From: Perkinsela sp. CCAP 1560/9
Lineage: Eukaryota > Protista > Euglenozoa: Kinetoplastea
Direction: 5' to 3'
DNA: 64,000 nucleotides
Assembly (NCBI GenBank): GCA_965644495.1
Contig: CBFFSA010000013.1
Location: 358,001 to 422,000 of the forward strand
Position 1 is the stretch's first letter, and every line of letters starts with the position of its first letter. The notes below the pieces were generated by a model, which did not search any database, had not been told where the DNA came from, and was given only the letters and a program-made list of their open reading frames with translations. The translations under genes and the position numbers were made by a program. Below are positions 50,100 to 61,698 of this stretch, one piece after another.

Positions 50100-53074
50100 T
50101 AGGATTTCATGGGAGAAATGGCTCCGAGATGTTTTTTTTGCATGGAAAAAAGAAAAGGCATGAACTCGGATCATGGAACCAATTTGCCGCTAACGAAAAA
50201 CTCACGAACAACAAGCCAAGTACATACAACGATTTGCTTTATACAACAGCCATACCCGCACACACATCGAAAGAGTGGAACGAGAAACTAACACGCGTCG
50301 TGGAAGAGATAGGTGTAGACACAACGCCGGATCAAGGACACGATAAGTATCGAGACGAAGAGGACAGGTATTTCAGTGTGACGGCCTCTAAAACGCAGGA
50401 ACCTCCAGTCATAAAGAAGCTTTCAAACGGAATGCAGCTGCGACCCAGAGCATCTCACAATTCAAGTCAGGCACAAGAAGCTATTCGAATCAAATCTAGC
50501 CCACACTCGGGTTCAAACACGAGAAACCATGAACGGAGTACGCCCGATCGCAGTAGGAGAAACGCTCAAAAAAGTGTGGTACGATTCTCCTCCAAAGACA
50601 CGAAGAAAAGATTAAAGACTTTTTCCATCCGGTTCAACGCCGTGTCCTGCAAAGAAACGCATGCGAAGGAATAGTTCACACCATAGCAAAAAGAATATGA
50701 GGAGGGATACACCATCCTAGCAGTTGATTACGCGAATGCCTACAACACACCTACACGACAATTAATCTACGACGCCCTGAAGAAGTGCAATATCTTCAAA
50801 CCCTTCATGCGACTATTTGCCCTAGAGTACGGAGCTCCATCAGATCTTCGCTTCTTTGCGAACGACACTCTACATTCTACGATAAAAAGTACCTCAGGAG
50901 TACGACAAGGATCAGCGCTCTCATCGCTGTACTTCTGCGCCCCCATCCAGGATTCCCTGAAAGACATGATGATGATGATGTATTGGGCCTTTTGACTCCG
51001 AAAAGTTATGGCCCCTCAACTCCCCAAACGGGCAGTCCGAATACGTCTTGCGACGTATCCGGAGAGCCAGCCATAGCAAGCTACGGCTGACCTCCGCTTG
51101 GAGAGGAGTTAGGTTACAGCTAGGGAGGTGGGGTGCGCTATACCCCTGCGCCTTAGGTAATGCAAATAAGGCGCCCCTTGACCAAAAAAACCACTCTATC
51201 TTTTGAGGGTGGATAAAAAAAACACAAACACATTCCAAAGATTAGCCCGAATGGCACCCACCCTAGTTTCTTAGTACCTTGTTATATTCGGTACCGGGCG
51301 GTGCCACCCATTCTACGTTGCCAGAATGACATCCACCCTAATTATTTAGTGCCTCGTTTTACTGGCACCGGGTAGTGTCATCCATATTGTATTCATCGTA
51401 TTCACCCTAGTTCTTTAGCGTCTTGTTATGCGACGCCGGGTGAGTTAGCTCGGGAAGCTGGGATCGCTAAGTCCCATCATCCGACATAAGCCGGATGCCC
51501 TGACATAAGCCGGATGCCCTGAAAGACATAGAAGAGCTCTTCCCAGAAGTCAAAGTAAGAGCGTACATGGATGATATTACACTCTCCTCCCGCGATCCAG
51601 CTACGCTCGAAGCCGCGTTCCTCCACCTACGCGAAGCATCAAACGATTTGGGCCTGAAGGTCAACTTCTCAAAATGTGAATGGTTCAAAAAAGCGAGCGA
51701 CTCAGCATACAATCAAGAGCAAACCCCGCAGTCGCTGCAAGATCTGGGAATGAGTGCAACGCATGAAACTATCAAAATCTTGGGCGCGTACATTGGAAAC
51801 GATCAGATTGTCAGCAACCTCCTAGTTCGCAAGCTAGAAAAACACAAATGTCTGTTTCGGCGACTTTATCGTATGGGTCCCAGCAATCTCTCCCCCGCTA
51901 TTCTGCAAAAGTGTACTAACCCCAGACAAGACTACCACATCCGAGTGCATAGACCCGACGCCTCTTTGGAGCTGGCGCAACAATTTGATACAGAAATCGG
52001 CAATATAGTTTCCCATTGGTTTCAGGCACGAGGAGATTCATTAAGGCTAGCTTCATTGCCCGAAAAACTCGGAGGACTCGGTTTAACACCATCATGCTTG
52101 AAGCACAAATACTTCTACAGTGCGTCTCGTCGATCCATTGAAGAGCAAGGAAAATCCCTTAACGCTCCGGTGGAGAAATCGAAACACTAAGAAGATTTCA
52201 GTGCTGCCAGAAAACAAATCAACAGCGAGCAAGATGGCTACGAAAGCAATCAGGGGAGAAAAATGATCGCCGCTGAACTGCGAAGAAAAAACTGAATGAT
52301 ATACTCGATCGCACGACAAATTCCCACAACCATCTGCACTCCACGAGCAACTATGTGAACCCCTATCTCTTCAGATATAGTGTCATGATGCGCCTGGGTT
52401 GCACGCCCCCCGAAATGCTAGACCTCATTCCATGCCCTGGATGCTCAACCGAACTGTCTGCAAGCAACGCCCTGCACCACGTAGCCGGATGTACACAATG
52501 CTCTGGAGTTAATGCTACAAGAAAGCACACACATCTTATTCGGTTCCTTGGGGAATTGTGCGCGAAAGCCGGTCTGCCGCACGTGCTCGAACCAAGAGTT
52601 CATACATCATTCTACTGCACGAAATGCAAGGCCTCCATCTCGGATGAAGCAGTTGAGAACCATCCCTGTAAAGCGCGACGCATAAGATCAGGACCTGACC
52701 TTGGGATCATGTGGCTTACCATCGGAGAGGTGCTATACGACTTAACGGTAGTACACACATGTGCATCAAGCCACATAAAATCAACTCCTGAACAACTGAT
52801 GCAGAATGCTCTGGAAAGAAAGAACAAGAAGTATGTGGTGGAAAAGGGTATTTCAACGCAGGAATTTAGTTGCCTGGCGGTTACAGAGTTCGGACAACTC
52901 CATCAAAATACCAGGCGATTGTTGGAATGCTTAGCGAAACGGTCAGAAAGAAATGTCAATGAAGTCAAGGAAGAGTTTCAGCTAGAGATTGAAAAGATGA
53001 ACGCCTACACAGTAGCTAATCAACTGAGAAAGTACATGACACCAACTCAATGGCTGGGAGAACTCCAACAATAA
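50100..53074 (+). mobile_element. Decayed family-B CRE-like element with an internal deletion and a SINE-like insertion
   Basis: The N-terminal RHELGSWNQF motif is joined near 50625 to RT (GVRQGSALS, AYMDD); thumb and RLE continue to 53074. Confidence 0.85.
50968..51516 (-). mobile_element. Non-coding SINE-like retroposon with a (CAT)n tail
   Basis: 13-bp TSD ccctgaaagacat (50955-50967, 51517-51529). It interrupts the RT between QGS and YMDD and has a 19-nt duplication at its 5' end. Confidence 0.88.
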
Positions 53075-53899
53075 ACAAGTAGCAGCTGATTAATGCAACG
53101 AATATTAATATTACCGATCCAGCTAGCGCCTGTCTGAATACCAAACGTTTGTTTAATTCACCCCTTTTTGTTTTTTTTTCCAAACTCGAATACGTAAAGC
53201 AAAGATATGGAATAGCAATAACAAAAGGAAAAGGGGATCCGTCCTTTTTGAGACTTTAAGGATAAAGTCCTCCTTTAAGGAGGATACATCCGTTCCTCTC
53301 TTCTCTCCTTCTCCTCTGCGATTGACTGATTTTGTTTTGATGGAGGCACCATCCGGTACCAAATACATATATAACAAGGTACTAAATAACTAGGATGAGT
53401 GCCATGCGGGCTTGTTTTTATATTGTTTACGAGAGTCTGATATTTTATGGAAACATGGGAAAAGGGGAAAGTGGATAAGGGGACAGTAAGGGGAAAAGCA
53501 GGTAAGGAGAAAACGGGTAATGGGTTAGTGAGTAAAGAGGAAGTGGGAAAGGGATAAATTTAGGGTAGGATAAATTAGGGCAGGATAAATTAGGGTAAGA
53601 AAAAAAAATACAAAAAAAAGTGGGGATAGTCGCGCGGAGCACTGTGGGGAGAACGGCGGGGAGTGAAGTTGGGAGCGTGGCGGAAGCGGGGAGCGCGGCG
53701 GGAAGCGGGGCGAGGAGCGCGGCAGGGAGAGCGGCGTGAGCGCGGCGGGGAGAGTTGTTGTTGTTGTTGTGCAGGCCGTTTGTCGCCGCAGCGATATGGC
53801 CTCCTAAGGGGGTATTAAACAAAAAGGGGATATTAAACAAAAAGGGGGCATTAAACAAACACTGCACTAACTCACATCCCCGGATGCGTGCAATGTACA

Positions 53900-54410
53900 T
53901 TCTTTGCTCGCGCGCTTTTACAAAATCCTATCTTCAAGCCCTTCATGAGACTTTTTTATCTGGAATACGGCCTTCTCTCAGAACTGCTATTCTTTGCCAA
54001 CAACTCCCTGCATGACACAATACAAAGTTCATCTGGAATCCGGCAGGGGTCCGCTCTCTCCTCCATGTATTTCTGTGCGCTTCTGCAAGGCCCTCTGAAA
54101 GAAGTAGTGAATCTTTACCCTGAAGTCAATATCAGAGCCTATCAAGATGATGTGACACAGAATCTACAATCTCTAGAGGCAGCTTTTCTTCATTTACGTG
54201 AGGTTACAGAAGATTTCAACCTACAGATCAATTTCCAGAAATGTGAGTTATTTCAGAAAGTCTCTCCTAGCGCTACTCAGCCCTTTCCATTAGAAAACCT
54301 AGGTATAAATTTTCGCACGGATGCGATTAAAATTCTTGGAGCTTACATTGGTCCTGACCGCGTAGTGGAAAATTTTCTCCTTGAGAAGCTTAAGAAACAC
54401 AAATGCCTGT
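53900..54410 (+). pseudogene. Family-B RT fragment
   Basis: GIRQGSALS, AYQDD and KILGAYIG motifs. Confidence 0.85.
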
Positions 54411-55265
54411 TACTATAAGAGCATACCAGTTATAAGTTATATTATAAGTTACTATAAGAGCATACCAGGACGACGTCACGATGAGCTCCAAAAATGAAGC
54501 TTCTCTCGAGGTTGCGTTTCAGCACTTTAAAGAGCTTACGAACGACTTGAACTTGGAAATAAACTTCCGGAAATGCGAAATTTTTCAAGGGTCTAAGGCA
54601 CAGCACTTCAAAGGTTCGACACTCCGAGAACTAGGGGTTCAAGACTGCGTTGACACGATCAAAGTACTTGGAGGATACATAGGGAGTAACAAAGCAGTAG
54701 AACGCATGCTCCTTGAAAAATTAGAAAAACACAACTGTTTGTTTCGAAGACTCAGTCGCATGGGCCCAAGCAATCTCTCACTAGCAATTCTCAAACGCTG
54801 TACATTACCACGTCATGATTATCACTTGCGAGTACACAAACCGGGAGCTTCCCTTCTTCTAGCACAGGAATTCGATAAGGAGATCCGGCAGGTCTTAGTG
54901 AAATGGTGTGACGCTGACGAAGATGCTCTAACACTCGCTTCTTTGCCATGCAAAATGGGAGGACTGGGAATAACCTCAACGATCCTAAAACCTCTTTGAC
55001 GCTTCTCGTCAATCTATCGATGAGCAATTCAAACCACATGAAGCTCCGGTAGAAAAACTTGAGAAGCAACGAAAAGGTATGAGGACAACGGGATCACAAT
55101 GCGCACGTACTGCAATGAAAAAAATGGCAAATAGTGAGCACGAAAAGCTAGCAGCGGAGCTGAAATCGAATCCTCGTTTCAGTGGGGTTATTAGAGTTTA
55201 CGGAAAGAATTGCTTGAAGAAAATATTTATTCTTTGACCGTGGCCCTACGGGGCACATATACATA

Positions 55266-55860
55266 CAGGGGTGAAAATCCCATGGTGGGGGGGGTCTAAA
55301 ATTCGTAAAATTTGTCCAATTTTTGAAAATAATAGCGCGTTCGAGAGCTCTCGCAGAGTTGTATGTTTTAAGATAGGCAGTTTGCGGGGGTTAGGGGGGT
55401 ACCCCCCTTTGATGGAAGGGTCAAAAACACGATTTGCAAATTTGAAAAACTGTAAAAAATGGTCAAAAATTACCCTTAATACCCACAGAAAGACCCGTTT
55501 CGCTCAATAACGATGCGACAACGCTTGCGGAAACTGCTCATCGTGTTAATACATTCTTGCTTGCGTTCTGATTGTAATCTTTCGAACGCTGTCTCAATGG
55601 CCGATACTAATTCAGCCCGAGATCATTTTTGATCCTGTCCATGGTCCCCCAAAGGTTTTCAATGGTGTTTAAATCGGGGGATTTTGCAGGCCAAGAGAGT
55701 ACATTAATACCTTCGTTGCGAAAGGTTGTTCGCGCAGAATTATGAACAGGACAATTATCCATTGCAACGACCCCAGATGGGTGGCGCCTCAAATAATTTA
55801 AAAGTCCTTTGCGCTTCTTCATGGCGTCATTGAAAACATCCCCTGTTATAGTTACTTTTC
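55266..55860 (-). pseudogene. Truncated Tc1-like transposase fragment inside the YR element
   Basis: MDNCPVH...WPAKSPDLNTIENLW with a D-to-E spacing of 32. A TA-cagggg end lies at 55266; the second end was not found. Confidence 0.75.
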
Positions 55861-55991
55861 GGCCGGAAGGGTCGTGGGAGGGAAAAATATATGGGGGGGA
55901 ACCATGTAATTATACTTTTAGCATACTATACTATACATTATTTTACTCTAGTGACTTATAACCTTTTTCCACTCGCAAAAGGAAAGTTGCG

Positions 55992-57108
55992 ATGACACAA
56001 CCCGAACTTCACTCTACCCGAAATTTACGGTCATCGCGCAGTTCGTCTCCTGCAGTGCAACGGCCCGAGCCTACCGAGCCGTTGTCGCAGCAGGAACTGA
56101 GTTTGGTGTGCACTGTTGCCCGAGAAAAACTGTTGAGTAGGGTGGCGGTCAATGTTAGGGCCAAATTTCGACGCAAGGACTCTTCTTCTGAGGCAATGCA
56201 AGTTGTGCAAGGTAAGATTCGAAAAGAAGGGATTGAAAAAAAGGGGTGTCTGGGATAATGAACCCTCAAAAGAGTATCCATTTCCGCACGCCGACTTGTA
56301 CTATTACGACATTTCGATCATAGATGATCCTCCGGCGACTACGGGGCTAGAACAAGGGTCGACCGCCAATGGATTACGTACTAGTCAGAATTTCCCGGAT
56401 GGTGGGGGGACAAACGAGGCTATTGTTAATGCTGATACTGTGGAAACTGGAATTCCTTTCGGACCGAGTGCCAAATTGGACCCTAACGGCCTGGATCCTT
56501 ACGAGCCGATTACGTTCACCCCATGGATTAACGCCTTTGATGACGGGGGATTTCGCGTACGGGATTTGATGCGAGAACTGCGAGAAGCACCAGAATTTGG
56601 ACTTCGCGTGAACCAGTTTTTCACCGACCGGACTTTTCTGAAGCAACAAGAACGATTTTTTGAAAATGTTTTTTGCAAGTGGATTCTTTTTGCGCGGGTG
56701 ACTCAAGGTTGGGATCAGGGAGTTTACTTGGAAATGGGAAAAGCAATCATTCAGACGATGCGCGATGCATATTGGCGAGCCCGGCGCATTGACGTGGATT
56801 TCGTGCATCAAAAATTGCAAAAAGACGCCCGTCCGAATGATAAGTTCTACCATCTTGTCAGTGAGCAATTAGTTGATCGCCAGAAGCAGTATGCCCGCCA
56901 AGTGGGATTTTCCGGATCAGGGGTCTTCCACTCAAAGGCAAGTTTTCAAGGAAATGCGCGCCAGAATTTTGTACCTCAACAGCGAGCTCCTTTATTGTGT
57001 TATGGTTGTCGTTCCCCTGACCACATGTGGAGAAATTGTCCTAAACGGTTTCAGCAGGGTTTTCGTTCGAGGGTGGCTGGCCCTGCACAAGGCAGCAAGA
57101 ACTTCTGA
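55992..57108 (+). CDS. Gag-like protein with a CCHC knuckle; frameshift at an A7G4 run near 56240
   Basis: ORFs 55992..56258 and 56152..57108; CYGCRSPDHMWRNC fits Cx2Cx4Hx4C. Confidence 0.8.
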
Positions 57109-57174
57109 AACGTTCCCACCCGAACGGCCAGTACTACAATAAATACCAACCGAAACCACAAACCTTTTACGCAA

Positions 57175-58239
57175 GTGAACAGTACAGTAACAGTTTTCAA
57201 AAGAAAAAGGATACAATTTATGCAAGTGACGAAGAAACGAAGGATGGAGAAGAATCACGTGGGTGTAGTGAGTGCAAAGAACTCAAGAGGAAGATATCTC
57301 AGATCTGGGACTTTATACGGCGGGACGCTAAGTTTGGAGCAGGTGCCGGAAAGGCAGAAATTGATGAAGTTATTGCTGGGTGTGACAATAATGAGTCCCG
57401 AAATAAGGATGGCTCTCGATGCAATGGGGGCAATGTGGAGCGTTTCGACGTGGCGGGCACGGGCACGAATATGGGAGCGCCTGTCAGCCTTTTGCACGGG
57501 AAGGGGGATACGGATAACGGCGTTACACGCCGTGACTTTTCTTGCCAGTTTGCAGATAAGAATACAGGCGAAACTAACTTACGCCCGAACCCTCGCCTCG
57601 ATATTAAACCTTGCAGGGGAAAATACGAACCCGTTAAAATTCTACGTAAAATCTCTAATGGCGGAAGGAGCGACGGAACCATGCCGTCAAATGGAACCCC
57701 TGACGCAGCAGCACATTCAGAAATTGTGGAACCACATGGCATCCCGCAAAAAACATACGCTGCTGCTGTGCTGGAAGGGGGCAAGCCGTTGGTCCGAAAC
57801 GGCAGCGTTGACCAGAAAACGGTTTTACGAAGTGGCGTCCAACAGAATTGTAATTTGGTGGGGAAGGCATACGAAGACGTCCCGCCTAAACCCATATCGC
57901 CCATCCATGTATACCGTCATCGAGGGACCGGGCACGGAGGAGCTCGCAAGGTATGTAGCGCAACTAAAGCCTCTCCAACCGATGTCATGGGCTACAACTT
58001 CAAAAGTGGATGTCGAGATAAGGAAAATTTTCGGATTGGGTTTCGGGTCACATTCGGCAAAGCGCGGGGCGATCACTCTTCTTCTCGCGGAGGTGGCAAA
58101 CGGCAATCTAAATTTGGAGGAGGTCCAGCATCTTGCAAAACATCAGAGCCTGGAATCTCTTCTGCGGTACAATGCCGATCCAGTGACGACTGCACTGGCA
58201 CTGGGAACGCACAAAGCAACGCGCAAGTTGACCATCTGA
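57175..58239 (+). CDS. Tyrosine recombinase
   Basis: Catalytic residues R (ASRWSE), K (HTKT), HxxR-like (HSAKR), H (AKH) and Y (LRY). Confidence 0.9.
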   Translation: MNSTVTVFKRKRIQFMQVTKKRRMEKNHVGVVSAKNSRGRYLRSGTLYGGTLSLEQVPERQKLMKLLLGVTIMSPEIRMALDAMGAMWSVSTWRARARIWERLSAFCTGRGIRITALHAVTFLASLQIRIQAKLTYARTLASILNLAGENTNPLKFYVKSLMAEGATEPCRQMEPLTQQHIQKLWNHMASRKKHTLLLCWKGASRWSETAALTRKRFYEVASNRIVIWWGRHTKTSRLNPYRPSMYTVIEGPGTEELARYVAQLKPLQPMSWATTSKVDVEIRKIFGLGFGSHSAKRGAITLLLAEVANGNLNLEEVQHLAKHQSLESLLRYNADPVTTALALGTHKATRKLTI

Positions 58240-59849
58240 TTACGGAAGACAATCTTTTTATCAAATTTTTAGACGATATTCCTCAGGAGAAAGTTAAACA
58301 CACGATTACTCGTACTCGACGAACATCGAAAGTGGCTCTTCCATCCGATTATAATCTTCCGTTGCACGTGAAATCCGGAATACCCGACATGCAGGTTAAT
58401 ACTCTCAGACGAATGATGAACAGCGAAGCAGAACGCCGATTCGCAGAAACATGGGATACACTTGTTCGGCTACCGTCTACACCGACGATAGAGCCGCGAT
58501 TCAAATCCTTTTTACCCCCAGCTGATATATCCGCTTTGTTGGAGACAGGAGTTATTTCACGGGTTGGATCCGAGGTAGTAAAGGCCAGACCTTCGATGGA
58601 GTGGGTGATTCCGTTCACGGTGGTGGAGCCAGCTGACGACGATTCGGAGCGACGTCGCTTTATAGCCTGGACCCGAGGCGATAACAATAGAATTCGCGAA
58701 GAGTACAAGCCTGAGGTTCCGGTTTGCCATGCTGCATATTACCTTCATCGGGTTCGAGACCAATGTGCTATTAAGCGGGATTTAGCGTGCGGGTTTTGGC
58801 AGGTGAAGATACCGGTGGAATCACGACAAAAATTTCGCTTCCGTGACGAGGAGGGCATATTATACGAAATGAATGTTATGCCCATGGGGCATCGTTGTGC
58901 CCCCGAGATAATGCACACCCTTACGGCCACCATTGGGGGTGACCCCCGATATTGTAATCGAGATGCGTCTTTTCCTGGAGGGGGTCTGGATGTTTACATT
59001 GACGGTATTCGTTTTGCGGGCGAGGTGTCTAAGGTGAATGAGTACGCGCGCTTCATTGATCGTCGTGCTATCAATGTCAATGCTAAGTTTAAGGATCATG
59101 GCGACCCGCCAATGGATGTTTATACCTTTAATGGGGTTACCTTTTTTCACCGAGATGGAAAGGTTAGTCTAGGGCCTAAGTTGACGCGACGATTGCAAAG
59201 TGATGATTTCTTAGCGGGAACCTATGGGTCTTTGGAGGCAGGCGTTGGGAGATTAATTTTTGCATCGGCCATCATGGGAATATGTATGCCAGAGTACCAT
59301 TTGGAGTTGAAAATTGTTAGGCGCCGAATTTATCGATTGAATCGCGAACCGAATTTACTTGATGATAAGGTCCCATTACCGACATCTGTCAGGATACGTT
59401 TGATGGCGTGGAGGGATAAATTGCTTTATCGTTCACCTGTTACACCGCCTCGCCATCCAGATACTGTTCCCCATCAACATACTTTGTTTACGGATGCGTC
59501 ATCTGTAGGATGGGGGGCGGTCCTATATCTTGATTACGGACCCATGTTTTGCACTGGTGCGCAGTGGCCGGCGGATTTTAATTACGAGGTTAATAGAGCT
59601 GAAGCGCGGGCAGTTCGACTCGCCTTTGAGAAATTTCAAATTCACTTTAAGAAAGATACGTGTGTGGACTTTTTCATTGATAATACTTCGTGTGTGGCCG
59701 CTGTTAATAGAAAGGTTTCAAAATCAAATGGGATTACCGAGGAGCTTCGTCGTTTACTGCATTTTCTGAACAAGAACGGCTTAGCGGTTAAAGCAGAGTA
59801 CGTACGATCATCCGAGAACCCAGCCGATCATTACAGTCGATATTTTTGA
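57435..59849 (+). CDS. Reverse transcriptase plus RNase H (DIRS/VIPER type) overlapping the YR ORF; true start uncertain
   Basis: RDLACGFWQ, MPMG, YIDG; RNase H motifs LFTDAS, AEARAV, IDN and NPADHYSR. Confidence 0.92.
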   Translation: MERFDVAGTGTNMGAPVSLLHGKGDTDNGVTRRDFSCQFADKNTGETNLRPNPRLDIKPCRGKYEPVKILRKISNGGRSDGTMPSNGTPDAAAHSEIVEPHGIPQKTYAAAVLEGGKPLVRNGSVDQKTVLRSGVQQNCNLVGKAYEDVPPKPISPIHVYRHRGTGHGGARKVCSATKASPTDVMGYNFKSGCRDKENFRIGFRVTFGKARGDHSSSRGGGKRQSKFGGGPASCKTSEPGISSAVQCRSSDDCTGTGNAQSNAQVDHLITEDNLFIKFLDDIPQEKVKHTITRTRRTSKVALPSDYNLPLHVKSGIPDMQVNTLRRMMNSEAERRFAETWDTLVRLPSTPTIEPRFKSFLPPADISALLETGVISRVGSEVVKARPSMEWVIPFTVVEPADDDSERRRFIAWTRGDNNRIREEYKPEVPVCHAAYYLHRVRDQCAIKRDLACGFWQVKIPVESRQKFRFRDEEGILYEMNVMPMGHRCAPEIMHTLTATIGGDPRYCNRDASFPGGGLDVYIDGIRFAGEVSKVNEYARFIDRRAINVNAKFKDHGDPPMDVYTFNGVTFFHRDGKVSLGPKLTRRLQSDDFLAGTYGSLEAGVGRLIFASAIMGICMPEYHLELKIVRRRIYRLNREPNLLDDKVPLPTSVRIRLMAWRDKLLYRSPVTPPRHPDTVPHQHTLFTDASSVGWGAVLYLDYGPMFCTGAQWPADFNYEVNRAEARAVRLAFEKFQIHFKKDTCVDFFIDNTSCVAAVNRKVSKSNGITEELRRLLHFLNKNGLAVKAEYVRSSENPADHYSRYF

Positions 59850-61698
59850 AAGATGTTGTTTTCGAAGGATTGAATTACGCCATTTGTGAAAGCGCATATG
59901 ATACGTATAGTGGATAAAAATAAGATATTGAGCGTTGAAAATCAAAAAAAAAAAAAAAAAACGAAGACGAGGGAGACGTAAACTTCATGCAATCAATAAC
60001 CAAGCAGAACGGACATGTGAGCGATTTTGATGTGTATGAGGAATGAGTGAGTGAGGAGACGAGATGACGAGGGGGGGGCTCTCAGATAGTAGGCAATCTG
60101 GGGTCTCTTCTTCTTGCCGTCACTAGCGTTTGGGTGATTTGAAGACTGGCGAGTGGGTGGTCCCCGCCGGGGAACTACCCATTCGCAAGAGAGAGAAAGT
60201 TTGAATATTGTTTTGTGGACGTCCATATATTTTTTGTTATCATTATAGTCAGGATAGGAAAGTTGAAAGACATGTAGTTATTTAGTTTTATTTACTTGAT
60301 GAATATTATTTACTTAGGACAATTCTTTATATATTTTGTACAAAGATTTTATGATGAGCAATTCTAAAACGTTCCAAAGAAGCGAATTATCATCTACTCT
60401 CGACAAACAATTATGTAAACCCGTACTTATTTCATCAAACACTCAAGATGAGATTAGCTATTGGACTGCCTAATGCTTCAAGTACAATCTCTTGCCCAGG
60501 CTGTGGGATCAGTGAATCGCCGATTGGTATAATTCCTCATGTCGCCGGATGCTCGAAATGTGCCGGAATGAATTGCACAAGAAAGCACTCACACATTGTG
60601 AGATACCTATCAAATCTGTGCGGGAAAGCAGGCCTACCATGTGCCGTGGAACCGCGTCTGTATTCCTCGTTTTTCTGCACAAAGTGCAAGTGCTCCATAT
60701 CACCAGCAGCAGCAGAGAGGCACCCATGCCGAGCTCGTCGTATACGATCTGGCCCAGATCTGGCGATAATGTGGCCAGATATTGGAGAAGTTCTATATGA
60801 TGTCACAGTTGTCCACACACTATGCAGCAGTTACCAGAAACAGACCAGCAAAGCCCTGTTAGAGAGTGCCGTAGAAAGAAAACATCGGAAATACGTTGTA
60901 GAGAAGGGATTAGAACCAGAGTATTTTCGTTGCGTCGCTTTAACGGATTGTGGAATGTTACATGAAGATACCAAGGTCTTGATCAAAGCCCTTGCAAAAC
61001 GAGCGGATTCTGACCCAAAAGTTATACGTGAAGCTTGTCAATTGGAAAATGAAAAGTTTGCGGCTTACACTATCGTATCGCAATTGCGGAACCACATGCA
61101 GGGTGAAAAATGGCTAGGTGGCATAAGCCTTTGAAGCCAAGTAATCTTCTAGTCTCCAAAGTCAAGTCTATCTCGTATTATTCAACATGGGCACAAATAC
61201 AGGACCCAACAACAACAACATGGGCACAGATACAGGACACTAAACTCTGAGGGCTATTAAAAGGACAAAATTCCTTTTTGCTTAAGAAAGAAAGGTATTT
61301 TCTTTAGAAAAGGATTTTCTTTAGAAATGGATTTTTATATGATGAAAATCCATATGAAAAGTGGGTAGGCTTCCGGTGGGCCTAGGGGGGTGCACACCCA
61401 AAAAGAAAAAAAAATCTTCGTATAAATATACATCATCATCATACGATAATGAGAACTTGTGAAAGTAATTGAAGCATTTATATGTAGAATAAGAAGTATG
61501 CATGCTGATCGAAAAAATTATTGACCACCTATTCCACAGAACTGGGCGGGTCACGAAGACTTTTTCAAGCGTAAAAAAAAAAATTGACTTGGTTTGGGTT
61601 TGCTCGGTTTGGTTGGGCTTTTATTAGTTTACGATTTGAAATTTAAAAAAAAAAAACTCAATACTATTCCCCCCCCCCCAAAAAAAAAAAAACGTTTT

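Larger units (their letters stand above)
55194..60367 (+). mobile_element. VIPER/TATE-like tyrosine-recombinase retrotransposon, near complete
   Basis: Gene order gag, YR, RT/RNaseH; ends gagtttacggaaagaattg and gatgagcaattctaa; no TSD. Confidence 0.92.
54455..61134 (+). mobile_element. 5'-truncated family-B element split by the YR insertion (parts 54455-55193 and 60368-61134)
   Basis: Joining the parts gives PRFSGVI-KRSKEANYHL, collinear with PHLANIINRSKEANVHL in ORF 62652. Confidence 0.88.

Noticed and set aside
51010-51120. Twister-like CCUAACUCC...GGAG on the minus strand
   Set aside because: It pairs as a plain long stem and has no twister L4 or pseudoknot residues.
53560-53600. Telomeric TTAGGG repeats
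   Set aside because: Three hexamers are embedded in a 15-bp repeat unit and do not form a tandem array.
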